Source of the DNA: Veleropilina oligotropha
Lineage: Eukaryota
NCBI GenBank assembly: GCA_048128005.1
Contig: JBEUKZ010000107.1
Span: 372,001 to 436,000, forward strand
Reading direction: 5' to 3'
Length of the DNA: 64,000 bases
Position numbers and translations under genes: made by a program. The notes below the pieces were generated by a model. The model was not told the origin of the DNA and searched no databases. It saw nothing but the letters and a program-made list of their open reading frames with translations. This document shows, one piece after another, positions 1 to 11,332 of the stretch. The number at the start of each line of letters is the position of its first letter. The first letter of the stretch is position 1.

Positions 1-905
1 TGCACTACAAGTCCTGTTGTTCAGATATCAATTACCTGGTACAACAGGCACTACAAGTCATATTGTTCAGATATCAATTACCTGGTACAACAGGCACTAC
101 AAGTCCTGTGGTTCAGATATCAATTACCTAGTACAACATGCACTACAAGTCCTGTTGTTCAGATATCAATTACCTGGTACAACATGCACTACAAGTCCTG
201 TTGTTCAGATATCAATTACCTAGTACAACATGCACTACAAGTCCTGTTGTTCAGATATCAATTACCTGGTACAACAGGCACTACAAGTCCTGTTGTTCAG
301 ATATCAATTACCTGGTACAACAGGCACTACAAGTCCTGTTGTTCGGATATCAATTACCTGGTACAACAGGCACTACAAGTCATATTGTTCAGATATCAAT
401 TACCTGGTACAACAGGCACTACAAGTCATGTTGTACAGATATCAATTACATGGTACAACAGGCACTACAAGTCCTGTTGTTCAGATATCAATTACCTAGT
501 ACAACATGCACTACAAGTCCTGTTGTTCAGATATCAATTACCTGGTACAACAGGCACTACAAGTCCTGTTGTTCAGATATCAATTACCTGGTACAACAGG
601 CACTACAAGTCCTGTTGTTCAGATATCAATTACCTGGTACAACAGGCACTACAAGTCCTGTTGTTCAGATATCAATTACCTGGTACAACAGGCCCTAAAA
701 GTCCTGTTGTTCAGATATCAATTACCTGGTACAACAGGCACTACAAGTCCTGTTGTACAGATATCAATTACATGGTACAACAGGCACTACAAGTCCTGTT
801 GTTCAGATATCAATCACCTGGTACAACAGGCACTACAAGTCATGTTGTTCAGATATCAATTACCTGGTACAACAGGCATTACAAGTCCTGTTGTTCAGAT
901 ATCAG
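1..905. repeat. Tandem satellite, 46-bp unit, ~19-20 copies, runs off the left edge
   Basis: Unit CACTACAAGTCCTGTTGTTCAGATATCAATTACCTGGTACAACAGG repeats with few substitutions. The ORFs at 17-975 are translations of this repeat. Confidence 0.97.
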
Positions 906-3289
906 GCTGATGGTATGTATTCCAAATTACAAGATCCTCTTAAAGCTGCTTAAGCATCAATTCATCATTATATAATTAAGTGTGCTCACTCACTGTCAGC
1001 AAAGACGACTGAAAATACATCATATCAGATGTACAATATGCAATTTATTGTCATATTTTTACGGAATACAAATTAAGCTAAATGTTGCATCGAATGAATT
1101 ATGGCTCTGAAGACGCAATGATATATGCACAGTATCGCAGTTGTGCCGAGGACCACAGCATTATTCAGCTTGTCGCGCCTCCACAGTTGCCATATGGTGC
1201 ACCCACATCTCGCTTGAATGACACGTTCCAGATGACACCTGTTGTTTCTAACCAGGTGTCACCTCTGCAAGAGATTAATGTGTTGCCATTCTTCCTGGAA
1301 TGCTGCCGTTGCCTAGTGGTTATGATGCTGGACCGCGACGCTAAGTATCTGAGTTCGATTTCCAGGAGTGCCGAAAATTTGTCACAGGTATACATCGTCT
1401 GCATTTCGCACAGTATCCGTCTGTCGGATGAGACGTTAAGCCGATGACCCGAACTACAGATAAGATGTGGTTGTACAACTAAACTGATTCAAATCAAATC
1501 ATGGAATGCTAGTGACAGTTCAGCACTCTGTGGACTAGGGGCACCTTTGCATGTTAAATATTGTTCATATCACGCTTACAGTACTCATGGAATACACCTG
1601 AAAGAGCCATACGAAAAATCTCCTTAAAACGACGATTTTCTAAATTTGACTACATGTTGACATTCGACCTCATCAGTCCTTGAACGCCTTCAAAAGAGTT
1701 ATTGGGTCTAAGGACCTACAGGGATGCAGTAGTGTGAACTAGAGTTACTGAAATTTATGGAGAGTCTGGATGTAATTAAGGCTGCACGCCTGACCAATGA
1801 TGGAAAAATTGTACACTTCACAAGTCTGTTAAAGATGGATATATTAGTATCCATTTTATACCAATCCCTTGAGATGCATCAAATGTCAGGCAAAACGAGC
1901 CACGTTTGTCCTCGTTGCAGTGAACAGGATCATGTTTTGGATCTTGCTCCAAAATCACCTTGCAGCAGTAATTCCTTACTCCGAAGATTTACCGGGGTGG
2001 AAATACGACAAATAAACCCAAAGAGTAGAAACCAAAGACCGCATGCATCTCTTTCTTTAATACATGAGACTACTAGAATTCCGGATTAACTCCCACATAT
2101 TGTATGCTATTTTTAAAGCGGAACCATGCAAACTGTCATCGCCATGCCCATCACATCTTTCAGAAACTTCAAACTCAAGCGACATGAGCTTCGGAATCGT
2201 TCATCCATACTTCAATTTTCAAACCATCTAAGCATGAAATAAAATCAACTGCTCCTAGCTTTTAAAAGAGCTTGCTTCCAATACGATATCTCTGATAACA
2301 CGGTTCAGGAACTTGCCATCAAAATGGCTGCGATTGCCTAGAAGAGTGGAAAGGCAACATCAGCCAAATGAATGGGAATCGGTATGCAAAGATGATCGAC
2401 GATGCCACCATCTACTGCCGATGATCCAGTGAAAGGCGTGTTGCCATTGGCGAGTGAAAAGCTCCAAAAAGCCCATATATACTTCAACAAATAGTAGAAC
2501 GTACCCAAACGCTCCAAACCAAACATAAAAAACATTTGACAAATATAATGGAATATCGCGACACACACCAGACTCATGTTGTGGAGTACCTCTGTTGTAG
2601 AAAAATGATTTGGGCAAAACCAAGAACTCGAAATGGGATTTGTTGACGACATCATTGCATTTAACATTGTGAATCGCAATTTTTGCACTTGAAGAAATTT
2701 GGATGTGTAGGAAACTTGCTATTTCGGGGTTATCGACCAAGGAAGTTACATACAGCTTACATCAGGTGGTTAACGCTCTAATCTCAGATTTCTTCGTGTC
2801 AATACAAAATCGATGAATGGTTTCCTGCGGGAATTAATATAACCTGGACGCCGTAAACCAATTCACAATTCACTTTATTTAGCCAGTTCTACATTTGGTT
2901 CATACATTATTTGTAGCATATGTGTGGCCTGGAGATCTATCTTGGAATATCTGTAGCATATGTGTGGCCTGGAGATCTATCTCGGCAACACTTTCGGGCT
3001 TGTATTACGATAGACCGCCATAGATGATTTTAGTTAGGAAAATATAGTATTTTACAAACAGTTTTCATACAATTTCAAATATAAATACATTGACATAAAA
3101 TATAATATTTAAACAGGTTATCGAATGATTTTGTACAGCATTTCATTACACTATTGTATATAATTGATTTGGAGAGTAAAGAGTAATCTACATTGTTTAA
3201 TTTAATACATACTAGGCGTATAACATCATAAAACAACATATAGATATTATCATATCATGTTTTTCTCTATTAGAACAGTGTTTCTAACA

Positions 3290-4988
3290 TCGGCCGCATA
3301 TGACATGTTGTAAAGTAAGTGTGTTTATGTATATATTTACAAGGATGTGGAAGTAGAATAAGTTAGAGTACATTTTGCCTACAATATAGTACAAGAGACA
3401 GGGCTTAGTAGTGTGATAATAGATATTGTTTGTAAGTTCTTTTAAATATATATTTGGATTTGGAATTTGATATGGTTGAGGGAATTGAGTTGAAGAGTTT
3501 GGGTCCTTGGTATCTGATCGAGAATTTCCGGGTATTCGTTCTATTTCTGATCATATGATAATTATTGGCAGATCGTGGATGTGATTGTTAAGAGAGAAAT
3601 AGGTTTGGAACGTAGTTCGCAATATCTGGTTTTTGAGGGAATACATGAAGATTGCCGTCTGAAGTTTATGAATATCATATCATGTGAGGAGTCATCATTT
3701 AATAAAGAGTAGAGCTGTGTGGGTTTGCCATTGGACTCCAGTAATTACTCTAATTGCTCGTTTTTCAATTTGTAGACTGCGTTTAGTCGTGTGTCGTAAT
3801 TACTACCCCAAATAATGGTACACTAAGATAAATATAGTAAGATCATTGTTGAATATAAAGTTTTAAGGGTGTGTAAAGGGACATCGTGTTTGATTATATT
3901 TATTATCCGTATGGATTCTGCAATTTATTGGTTGACCGATGATAAATGTGGTTTCCATGACAAATATTCGTCGACTATAACTCCAAGGAATTTTGAATAC
4001 TTGACTTGGTATACCGGCACATCATCAATTTTTAGATATGAATCTGTATCATTGTATTTCTTTTTGTGATGGCATGTGATCATATATTTAGTTTTACTAG
4101 CATTTAAAGATAATTTGTTGATTTTGAACCATTCGGAGAGTTTTACTAGTTCATTGTTTACAGTTTCTATAAGTTCTTTAAAATTAGAGTGAGAGTATAA
4201 AATATTGATGTCATCCGCAAATAATATATTACTTTAGTATTTCGGATGTGTTGCGGATATCATTTATATAATCATGAATAGGAGTGGACCAAGTATAGAT
4301 CCCGGTGGCACTCCACATTTGATTGCCATATGTTCTGAGCAATAGTCGTCAATTGTTGTATATTGTTTTCTGTTAGTTATATAATTTTTAAACCAAGATA
4401 GAGGGGTGCCGCGTATGCCGTAATGTTGTAGCTTTTTTAGTAATATTTCGTGGACGATTGTATCAAATGCTTTTGAGAGGTCGATTAGTATGTTCATGGT
4501 GTATTTATTATTATCCATAATATGAGAGAAATAATCTACTTGGTCTAGGATTGTCATATATATAGAATGATTTGACATAAAACCATATTGATTTTTGGAT
4601 ATTATCTTATATTTGTTTACATAATCTATAAGCCGCTTGTATATGACCTTCTCTAATATTTTAGAGAAACATGGGACGACGGATATTGGTCTGTAATTGG
4701 AGAAGATTTCGTTGTCGCCATTTTTATATATTGGATTAACTTTTGATAGTTTCAATTTATGTGGGACAATACCTGTTTCCATTGAATTGTTAATATGTCA
4801 GTAAATTGGAAAGCAATATGTGGTATTATTTTCTTAACCATACTTGCATTTATGTCATCATATCGAGGACTGAAGAAGAAGTGTTAGCTTAGATGAAGAA
4901 GTGTTAGCTTCGATGTACCGTCATTTTTATGTCTTGACCTTTTTGTAAAAAAGGACAAGACATTATCAAATGGTCCGTGTGTATATAC

Positions 4989-5061
<73 letters not shown>

Positions 5062-5700
5062 GATTTATTTGAAAACTACCAGGTCAATTTTCACCAAAAT
5101 TGGTGCACACATTCCCAAGAATATTTGTAGGTCGTGTATATAGCTTTCGCGACACAATTTTGCAAAAATATGCATTTATTGAGCACTTTAATCCATATTC
5201 GTATGTAACTGATGTCTAATATTGCAAGCAAATAGCAATGACGTCATTATGACGTCGCTTTAGATTAATCGTCATTTTGGTGACGTCATAATCGACGGGG
5301 TAGTAATTTAAGCCATGAAGTACTTGCACTTAGCCATTGTATTAACTGTTATGAAAATTTGAGGGAAATAAAGAAAGGTCAAGACATATTTCGAACGCGT
5401 CGTTCTTGTTTAATATGTCTTTGATGATACTCCAGGTGTTTTTCATATCGTTTTTAGCCATTTCTAATCTGTCAGAATTGTATTTCTTTTTGGATATTCG
5501 AATCAGATGAGTTAACTTGTATTTATGTCGTATATAACCGTCCTTTTTGTTTGGGCTTGGTTTTATATATATATTCACGGTATAGTTTATTTTTCTGTAT
5601 TATTGATTGCTTTAGACCATTAGTGAGAAAGGGTTTTGAGGTCATTTTTTCATTGAATGTAATCCTCGGAGCTTTGGCATCGATTCCCCTCATATAACAA
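3290..5700 (-). mobile_element. Decayed non-LTR retrotransposon (CR1/L2-group) ORF2 fragment, interrupted by an insertion at ~4924-5411
   Basis: ORF 4264-4782 has RT motifs NYRPIS, IDLSKAFDTI and CGVPPGSILGPLLF, and LFADD is encoded downstream after a frameshift. ORF 5342-5578 resembles the pre-RT linker (KNTWSIIKDIL). Outer limits are approximate. Confidence 0.85.
4924..5411 (+). mobile_element. HINE/DINE-1-like non-autonomous Helentron element
   Basis: 15-bp subterminal inverted repeat TATGTCTTGACCTTT (4928-4942) / AAAGGTCAAGACATA (5374-5388); partial inverted copy at 4948-4963; (TA)n microsatellite ~4982-5056; 3' stem-loop GAACG-cgt-CGTTC (5393-5405); T-rich flanks. Confidence 0.75.
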
Positions 5701-5999
5701 AGCCTATGGATACAGGCCGGTTGCAGACGCTATGACTCAGTTTTTCACCACACAGCTTATTTCATCACATTATTCAACATTACTCGGCATATACTGGAAA
5801 CAACATGTAAGGGCGCCAGCATTCTCACGTTTATTAAGAAAATTTTGCACAAAAATGATGTTGTAAAATGAAACCTTCGTATGACAGTGAATATTTTATA
5901 TCTGCCATGTGACACCTTATGCATAAACTGAAGATCAAACGGCGGAATGTTTCCTTTGTTGCAAAATGTAGAAAATAAAGTTGGGGTCGTTTATGGTGC

Positions 6000-6380
6000 A
6001 AAACATCTCAAAAGTGTTGATTGATGCCATGTCTGAAGATTTGGCTGGCCGGATAATGTCGGGACACATTGCTGTCTGAGAAAGTCCACATTAATATATG
6101 TACATACGAGTCCTGTGAGGATGTGCATTTTCTTCCAGTTCCGATAAAATGAAACGACCAGTCACCACTTGGCGTAAAATTGGTGTCACATAACGCTGAC
6201 CGGTCAAGATTGTCAAATTCTTTCGGGTGCCGCATTTGGCAACAACCCAGATCATGATGCCACCAACATCATACGAAGAGACTGGGTGCTCATGAAGTCC
6301 CGCTCGGTGATATCTCTTCCGCGCCGTTTTCAAATACGTTTTCTCACATCTGCGAAGTGTAAACAAATCTCAATGGAGAA
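6000..6380 (-). pseudogene. Degraded Tc1/mariner transposase fragment
   Basis: Peptides GGIMIWV, LTGQRYVTPILRQVV and EENAHPHRT resemble the Tc1 GGSVMVWG, LTGxRY and QDNARPHR motifs. Frameshifted; no clear TIR pair found. Confidence 0.55.
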
Positions 6381-9300
6381 CATTTATCGTCAATGCCGAA
6401 CATTTATCGCCAATGCCGAACATTTATCGCCAATGCCGATCTCCAATTCGCTCTCCTCATTGGTAAGTAAAGAGAACGTGTTCCGCAGAAAGACGCATTC
6501 CTCTGAAAATATATAGGTCTTGACTTCGGATCGACTCTACACAATCTGAAGTCAAATCGTTGACTTTGAAATGCGGATACCTGTGGCAGCCCTGTAGTTG
6601 CAGGGCCGTAGCTAGAAAATTATTTCTGGGGGGGCAGACGGACCCTAAGTCCACGGTTGCGCGTTGGGGACCATGGTTCCCCAACGCACAAGAAAATTTT
6701 GCATTCACTCCTGCGAAACGGCCTCTCCTGCACTCTAATCGTTTTATTTAATCTGAATCACTTTAGTTTTGCGTCCGCGTTTTGTAATTTTTCAGTCTGT
6801 CCGACGCAACGGGAACAAGAAAAATTACTCTAAAGTAGCTTACAAAGTAGTATTTTTAATAACATACATTACGACCTTGTCTTTGCTTTCCTAGATAATC
6901 CGTTTTTATTGGTATATTTAAATAATTACTTCAGACACGACATTCAAAATCTAAAATTGGTCATATATTTATAAACTGAGCACATGCTTATCGGGACAGT
7001 GAGTGAGTGGCAGTCCATGAGAACGCGAGGGCCCGAGGTCGCTAGAAGGGTCCGCCGGAAAATTTTGATTTCCTGCATTCTATGCTTTAAATCAGACCTT
7101 TTAAATAACAGGTTAAAATTCTTACATATTGTTACGGAAAATATACAGAAAGCAAGAACAATCTAATGTTGTAATATAATCATTTTAATAATTATCATGA
7201 AGACTATCATAGATGATAGTCATTCTTTTAATCACCAAAACATTGGTATAACTACATAGTTTGACTACACTTGACGCCAGTTTGCTTTGCGTGCATAAAT
7301 GTCCTTTGGCGAGGGAATAAACGTGCTGCCGCGATGGTTTAGAAGTAACGCCAGGCCATTTAACCGATCCTCCCTCATTGTTGATCGAGTCCAGTGTTTG
7401 AGTCTCCTCAGGGCAGAAAAAGACCTCTCACATGAAACACTACCGACAGGCGTGGTGAGAAAGATAACCAGGATCTTGTGGATGACAGGAAAGCTTTGCT
7501 GATTACAGTCAAGTAGTGCCTCGTTGGCAGTCTGGGGCTTATCTTTGATATCAACAGATTCGAACTTCTTTTGCCATTTTAGAGTCTCTGTTGGGAATGT
7601 CTGCAGCTCATGATGCGACAAAAATTTGTCAAAGTAGCTTATCATTGAAGTTATGTCCTCATCTTTGAGAAAACTGAGATTGATGGGAACTAGCTTCTGA
7701 ACAGCTATGAGCCCGTCATGCACAGTTGAAAAACGGGTATCAAGCTCATTTACTACGTGATCAATGAAAGGATAATATACATTAATCCTGAAGTAATCAG
7801 AGACTGATTGGCCAGCAATGGCACCACTGTTGGCGCGGTGGCATTGCCTCCCGAAAGTTCGTGGCTTCTGTAGCTCAATGTCAATGGATTCTGCAAGATT
7901 TTCAATTCTTTTCCAGACTTTATCCCATGTTGCATCCATTCTTGCTTCCTGAATGCACGCTTTTGCACGTTGAATATCTTGGTATGCTTCTCCAAGATTA
8001 CAGCTTTTCGCTTGCAGGGCACGAGTTGCACAGCTGCAGAAGCTCAAGACAAAATGAGCTACAATAAGTGCTACCAGAAATTGGGAGTCACAGAGTAAGT
8101 GTATATATGCATTTGCATCGGTTTTAGCATCTGTTGAGCTGCTGCTGCTAGCGACGCGCACCAAGGATTGTATTACTGTGCCATACTTTGCAATCAAAGC
8201 AGACAAAGTTGACACCCTTGCTGTCCACCTTGTAGCGCAAAACTTTGGTACTGCTTTCATGTGTTGGCCTATCTTAAGGGTAGCTTCAGAGCTTTTCATT
8301 TCATCGTCTGGCTCATTCGGCGAAATGAGACCGATCAAGTCATTATCTAAGTCAATAAAATTGTCTTCTGATGCTACTTGTAGGAAAATGGCTTACCGTT
8401 TAGCACTTCCTCCTAAGAACCATGTAATCTTTCCAACATTGTCAAACAAATTTCTTATTGGAGGAACGCTGCTGCAACCACCAGACAGAGCCAGGTTTAA
8501 CACATGTGAACGACAGTGAACATATATTGCATTTGGATAAACACTTTTAATTTTCAGATGAACGCCATTTTTACTTCCACTCATGACTGATGCGCCATCA
8601 TAACCCTGGCCAACCATGACGGACGTGTCCTGCTCAAGACCACAACTTTTCAGAAAAGTTAATATAGCGGCTGAGATCGCCTTGGCATACATTTCTTCAA
8701 TCTTAACAAAACCTACAAAATCTTCACAAACTTCCAGGGCGCTGTTTACATACCTTAAGCATATACTAACTTGCTCAGAAGAAGAACAATCTTCTGTTTC
8801 ATCGGCCATAACACTCCAGTACTTAGGTATATTTTGGATGATTTTTTCTCTGATATAGTTGTCACACAGATTAATAATCTCATTTTGAATTTGCGGCGAT
8901 GAGTATTTTGCGTTTTTAGCAGCATGTTGAAGATGTTGATTAAGGTCGTCATCCATGGAAGCCTTCCACCTGCCGAAAAAGTCAAAGTTGCCATCCTCAG
9001 CAGCATTGAACTTATCCCAATTCCCTCTCAGTGGAATCCCCCGTTGACCTAATGAAATCAAAATGTCCATAATGGATAATATCCCTTTTTTGTACGGACT
9101 TGCTGCGTAGCAACCTGCTTTACCAGTTTTGTGCTGATATCTGATCCTGATTTGTGAGATTTTAAAAACTGCTGGGCCTTCAAATCAGCATCAATATGTG
9201 CATCAATATGTTCATCACTAATCTCATGTTTGACTAAACGATTGTCTTTATTGCCTGTAACCTTTTTCCATTTTTTAAAGCCACTTAGGGTAAAGGAACA

Positions 9301-9802
9301 ATCTGCGCTTCGTTTCCCAAAGCAAATGCAGGACATACAGAAAATACTGTCGTTTTTAACGCTGTAACGCAGCCATGGCCGGTTTTCATACCAGGAAACC
9401 CGGAATCGCCTACCACATGTCTGTGGAAATTTAAAATTCGGTGTATTAAATGAATCTGCTGTAAGATAATTCAGCTTAATGTCAGAGCTTAATGTCATCT
9501 GAATCAAATCCGCTAAGGGGATAGCACGCTGGGTCCCAGGGATCTGTAGAAGGGATATCAGAATGATGTTCTGTCTGAATATTGGTAAAAGTAACTTCCT
9601 GTATCTTCGAAGTACATGTATCGCCTTTTGAGGAACCGGGATCTTGGGGTAATTCGCTCTTTGAGGCACTGCCAACTGCCACAGCAGCGCAAGAGCTCTG
9701 TGAGCTGCCCTTACTTCGTGTGTCACTTCGTTCAGAGCTGAAAAGATCAAACAAAATATATGATACTTACCTGACCTGATAGAAAGTCACCTTGTGATAT
9801 TT

Positions 9803-10708
9803 TTTTATCACTTGTCTTAGTTATTTCCCATAGTGCAACATCGTGTATTATTCGTCGTAATATACATGTGTCAAAAGTCATATTGAAATGCGATTGGTTG
9901 TTTACAAAGATACCATAATGAAAACGCAAGTGATGAAACGTCATTCGAAAAATTGCTTTCTATGGTCTATTAGAAACAATTCTGACCAAACTCAATCCAA
10001 ATGATAATCGACGATATCGTGTCACACATAGCCTAGATGTTTGGATAACCGTTATAAATTTTAAGCGCAAATAGTATTCATTGTTATTTTTCATTTAGAT
10101 AACATAAATAAAGTTTTAGAATATTATCTTTACATATTTCCTTGTTAATCTTTAATTGTACTTTTACAATCACGTAAAAATTGTATTTCGTAGCAAATTT
10201 CACTATTTTTAGTAATGCGTGTCACGGTGAGTATGACGTCATTCAATCTTACTTACAATGCGCCGAACTGTCCTCGATAGCCCAACTGGTTAGGGCGTCG
10301 GAAAAACGTTGAGAGGGACGGTAGGATGTGGGTTCAAGCCCGCGCCGACCTGACTTATTCTAAGGCTTAAAACTAATAGATGGCATATCCCTAATGTATG
10401 TCGGTCAGATCGGAGTGAGACCTTAAACCGGGTGTCCCGACCGCGATAAGGCTTAAAAATTGTCAAAAAAGTGGTCGTTAAACAAATCTACCTACCTACA
10501 ATGCGCCGTAGTGTCAACGTTGCTACTCTCTAATAGCGAAGTTGTGAATTGTTTTAAATTATTTTTTATCAAAAACAGACATGTGATAAATAGAACATCA
10601 CATTCGTGGTGGTGTAGTCACATTTATGAAACTCGGAAAATATGAAAATGAGTTAAACTCGTTTCATAAATATGATATTGCACAACCACTCATGCGATAT
10701 CCTCCATG
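9803..10708 (-). mobile_element. Non-coding interspersed repeat with terminal hairpin (family A, copy 1)
   Basis: Colinear reverse-complement match to 50998-51679 from end to end. Part of the hairpin centre is deleted and a SINE is inserted. Confidence 0.85.
10266..10496 (+). mobile_element. tRNA-derived SINE
   Basis: A box TAGCCCAACTGG (~10278-10289), B box GGTTCAAGCC (10331-10340), (CTAC)n tail, 12-bp TSD TACAATGCGCCG at 10254-10265 and 10497-10508. The paralogous host copy near 51225-51250 lacks the insertion. Confidence 0.85.
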
Positions 10709-10740
10709 TAATCATTTCCTACTGAAATTAATTTATTTAA

Positions 10741-11332
10741 AGATGCATTGCCCGTAAGCAGCGAAAAAATGCTTTTAACTTTAAACCATATACCACAAAT
10801 GTATTTTTACCAGTTAGCAAAAGTTAGAAACTTTGGAAATTGAACAAAAATTTAATAAAAAAAACGATGTCCCTGGAGCGCCTACAATTCATAAATATAA
10901 AATAATTAATCCGGGCCCCGGGTTAATTATTGGTGACGCGGGACATTTCCTCAGATGTAAATTCGTCAAGTTGATCACTGCCAATGTTAACTTGGGTACT
11001 ATGGAAAGTTGAGCTGTTATATAATTATTATTATTTTTTTCGTATTTAATCAAACGTCTGCGTGTTTCCGTAAGAAATCTGACGAAAAAAATTGAGCTTG
11101 CGAATTGGGCTGGACGAAATTCACGATTTCCATCACTATGGCGGCCGTTGAATGGTAACATCTTACTGGCGAGTAACGATTTCAGCGGCGATTTCTATTA
11201 TCAAACAGCAAAGTTGTACGTTCTTAAATGTTGAATCTTCAAAACATTTTACAGCGTTCATATATATGCAGACAGTACGTAAGGCATTGCAAGATGAATC
11301 ATTGATACGTGATAATTGCGGGCAATGCATCT
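10741..11332. mobile_element. MITE with TTAA target duplication and AG...CT termini (Kolobok-like)
   Basis: TTAA|AGATGCATTGCCCG ... CGGGCAATGCATCT|TTAA; 14-bp perfect TIR; no coding capacity. Confidence 0.8.

Noticed and set aside
1..975. Long overlapping ORFs, or a CRISPR-like array
   Set aside because: Pure tandem 46-bp units with no unique spacers and no cas genes. The ORFs arise because the unit is mostly stop-free on this strand.
1080..2750. Coding-like stretch with several short ORFs
   Set aside because: Possibly a very old transposase, but I recognised no motif and cannot support a call.
8385..8400. Possible intron (CG|GTAAG) in the hAT transposase
   Set aside because: The downstream sequence continues in the same frame into ORF 7265-8338, so a nonsense mutation is the simpler explanation.
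10266..10345. tRNA gene
   Set aside because: It has A and B boxes but no convincing cloverleaf, and it continues into a body, tail and TSD typical of a SINE.
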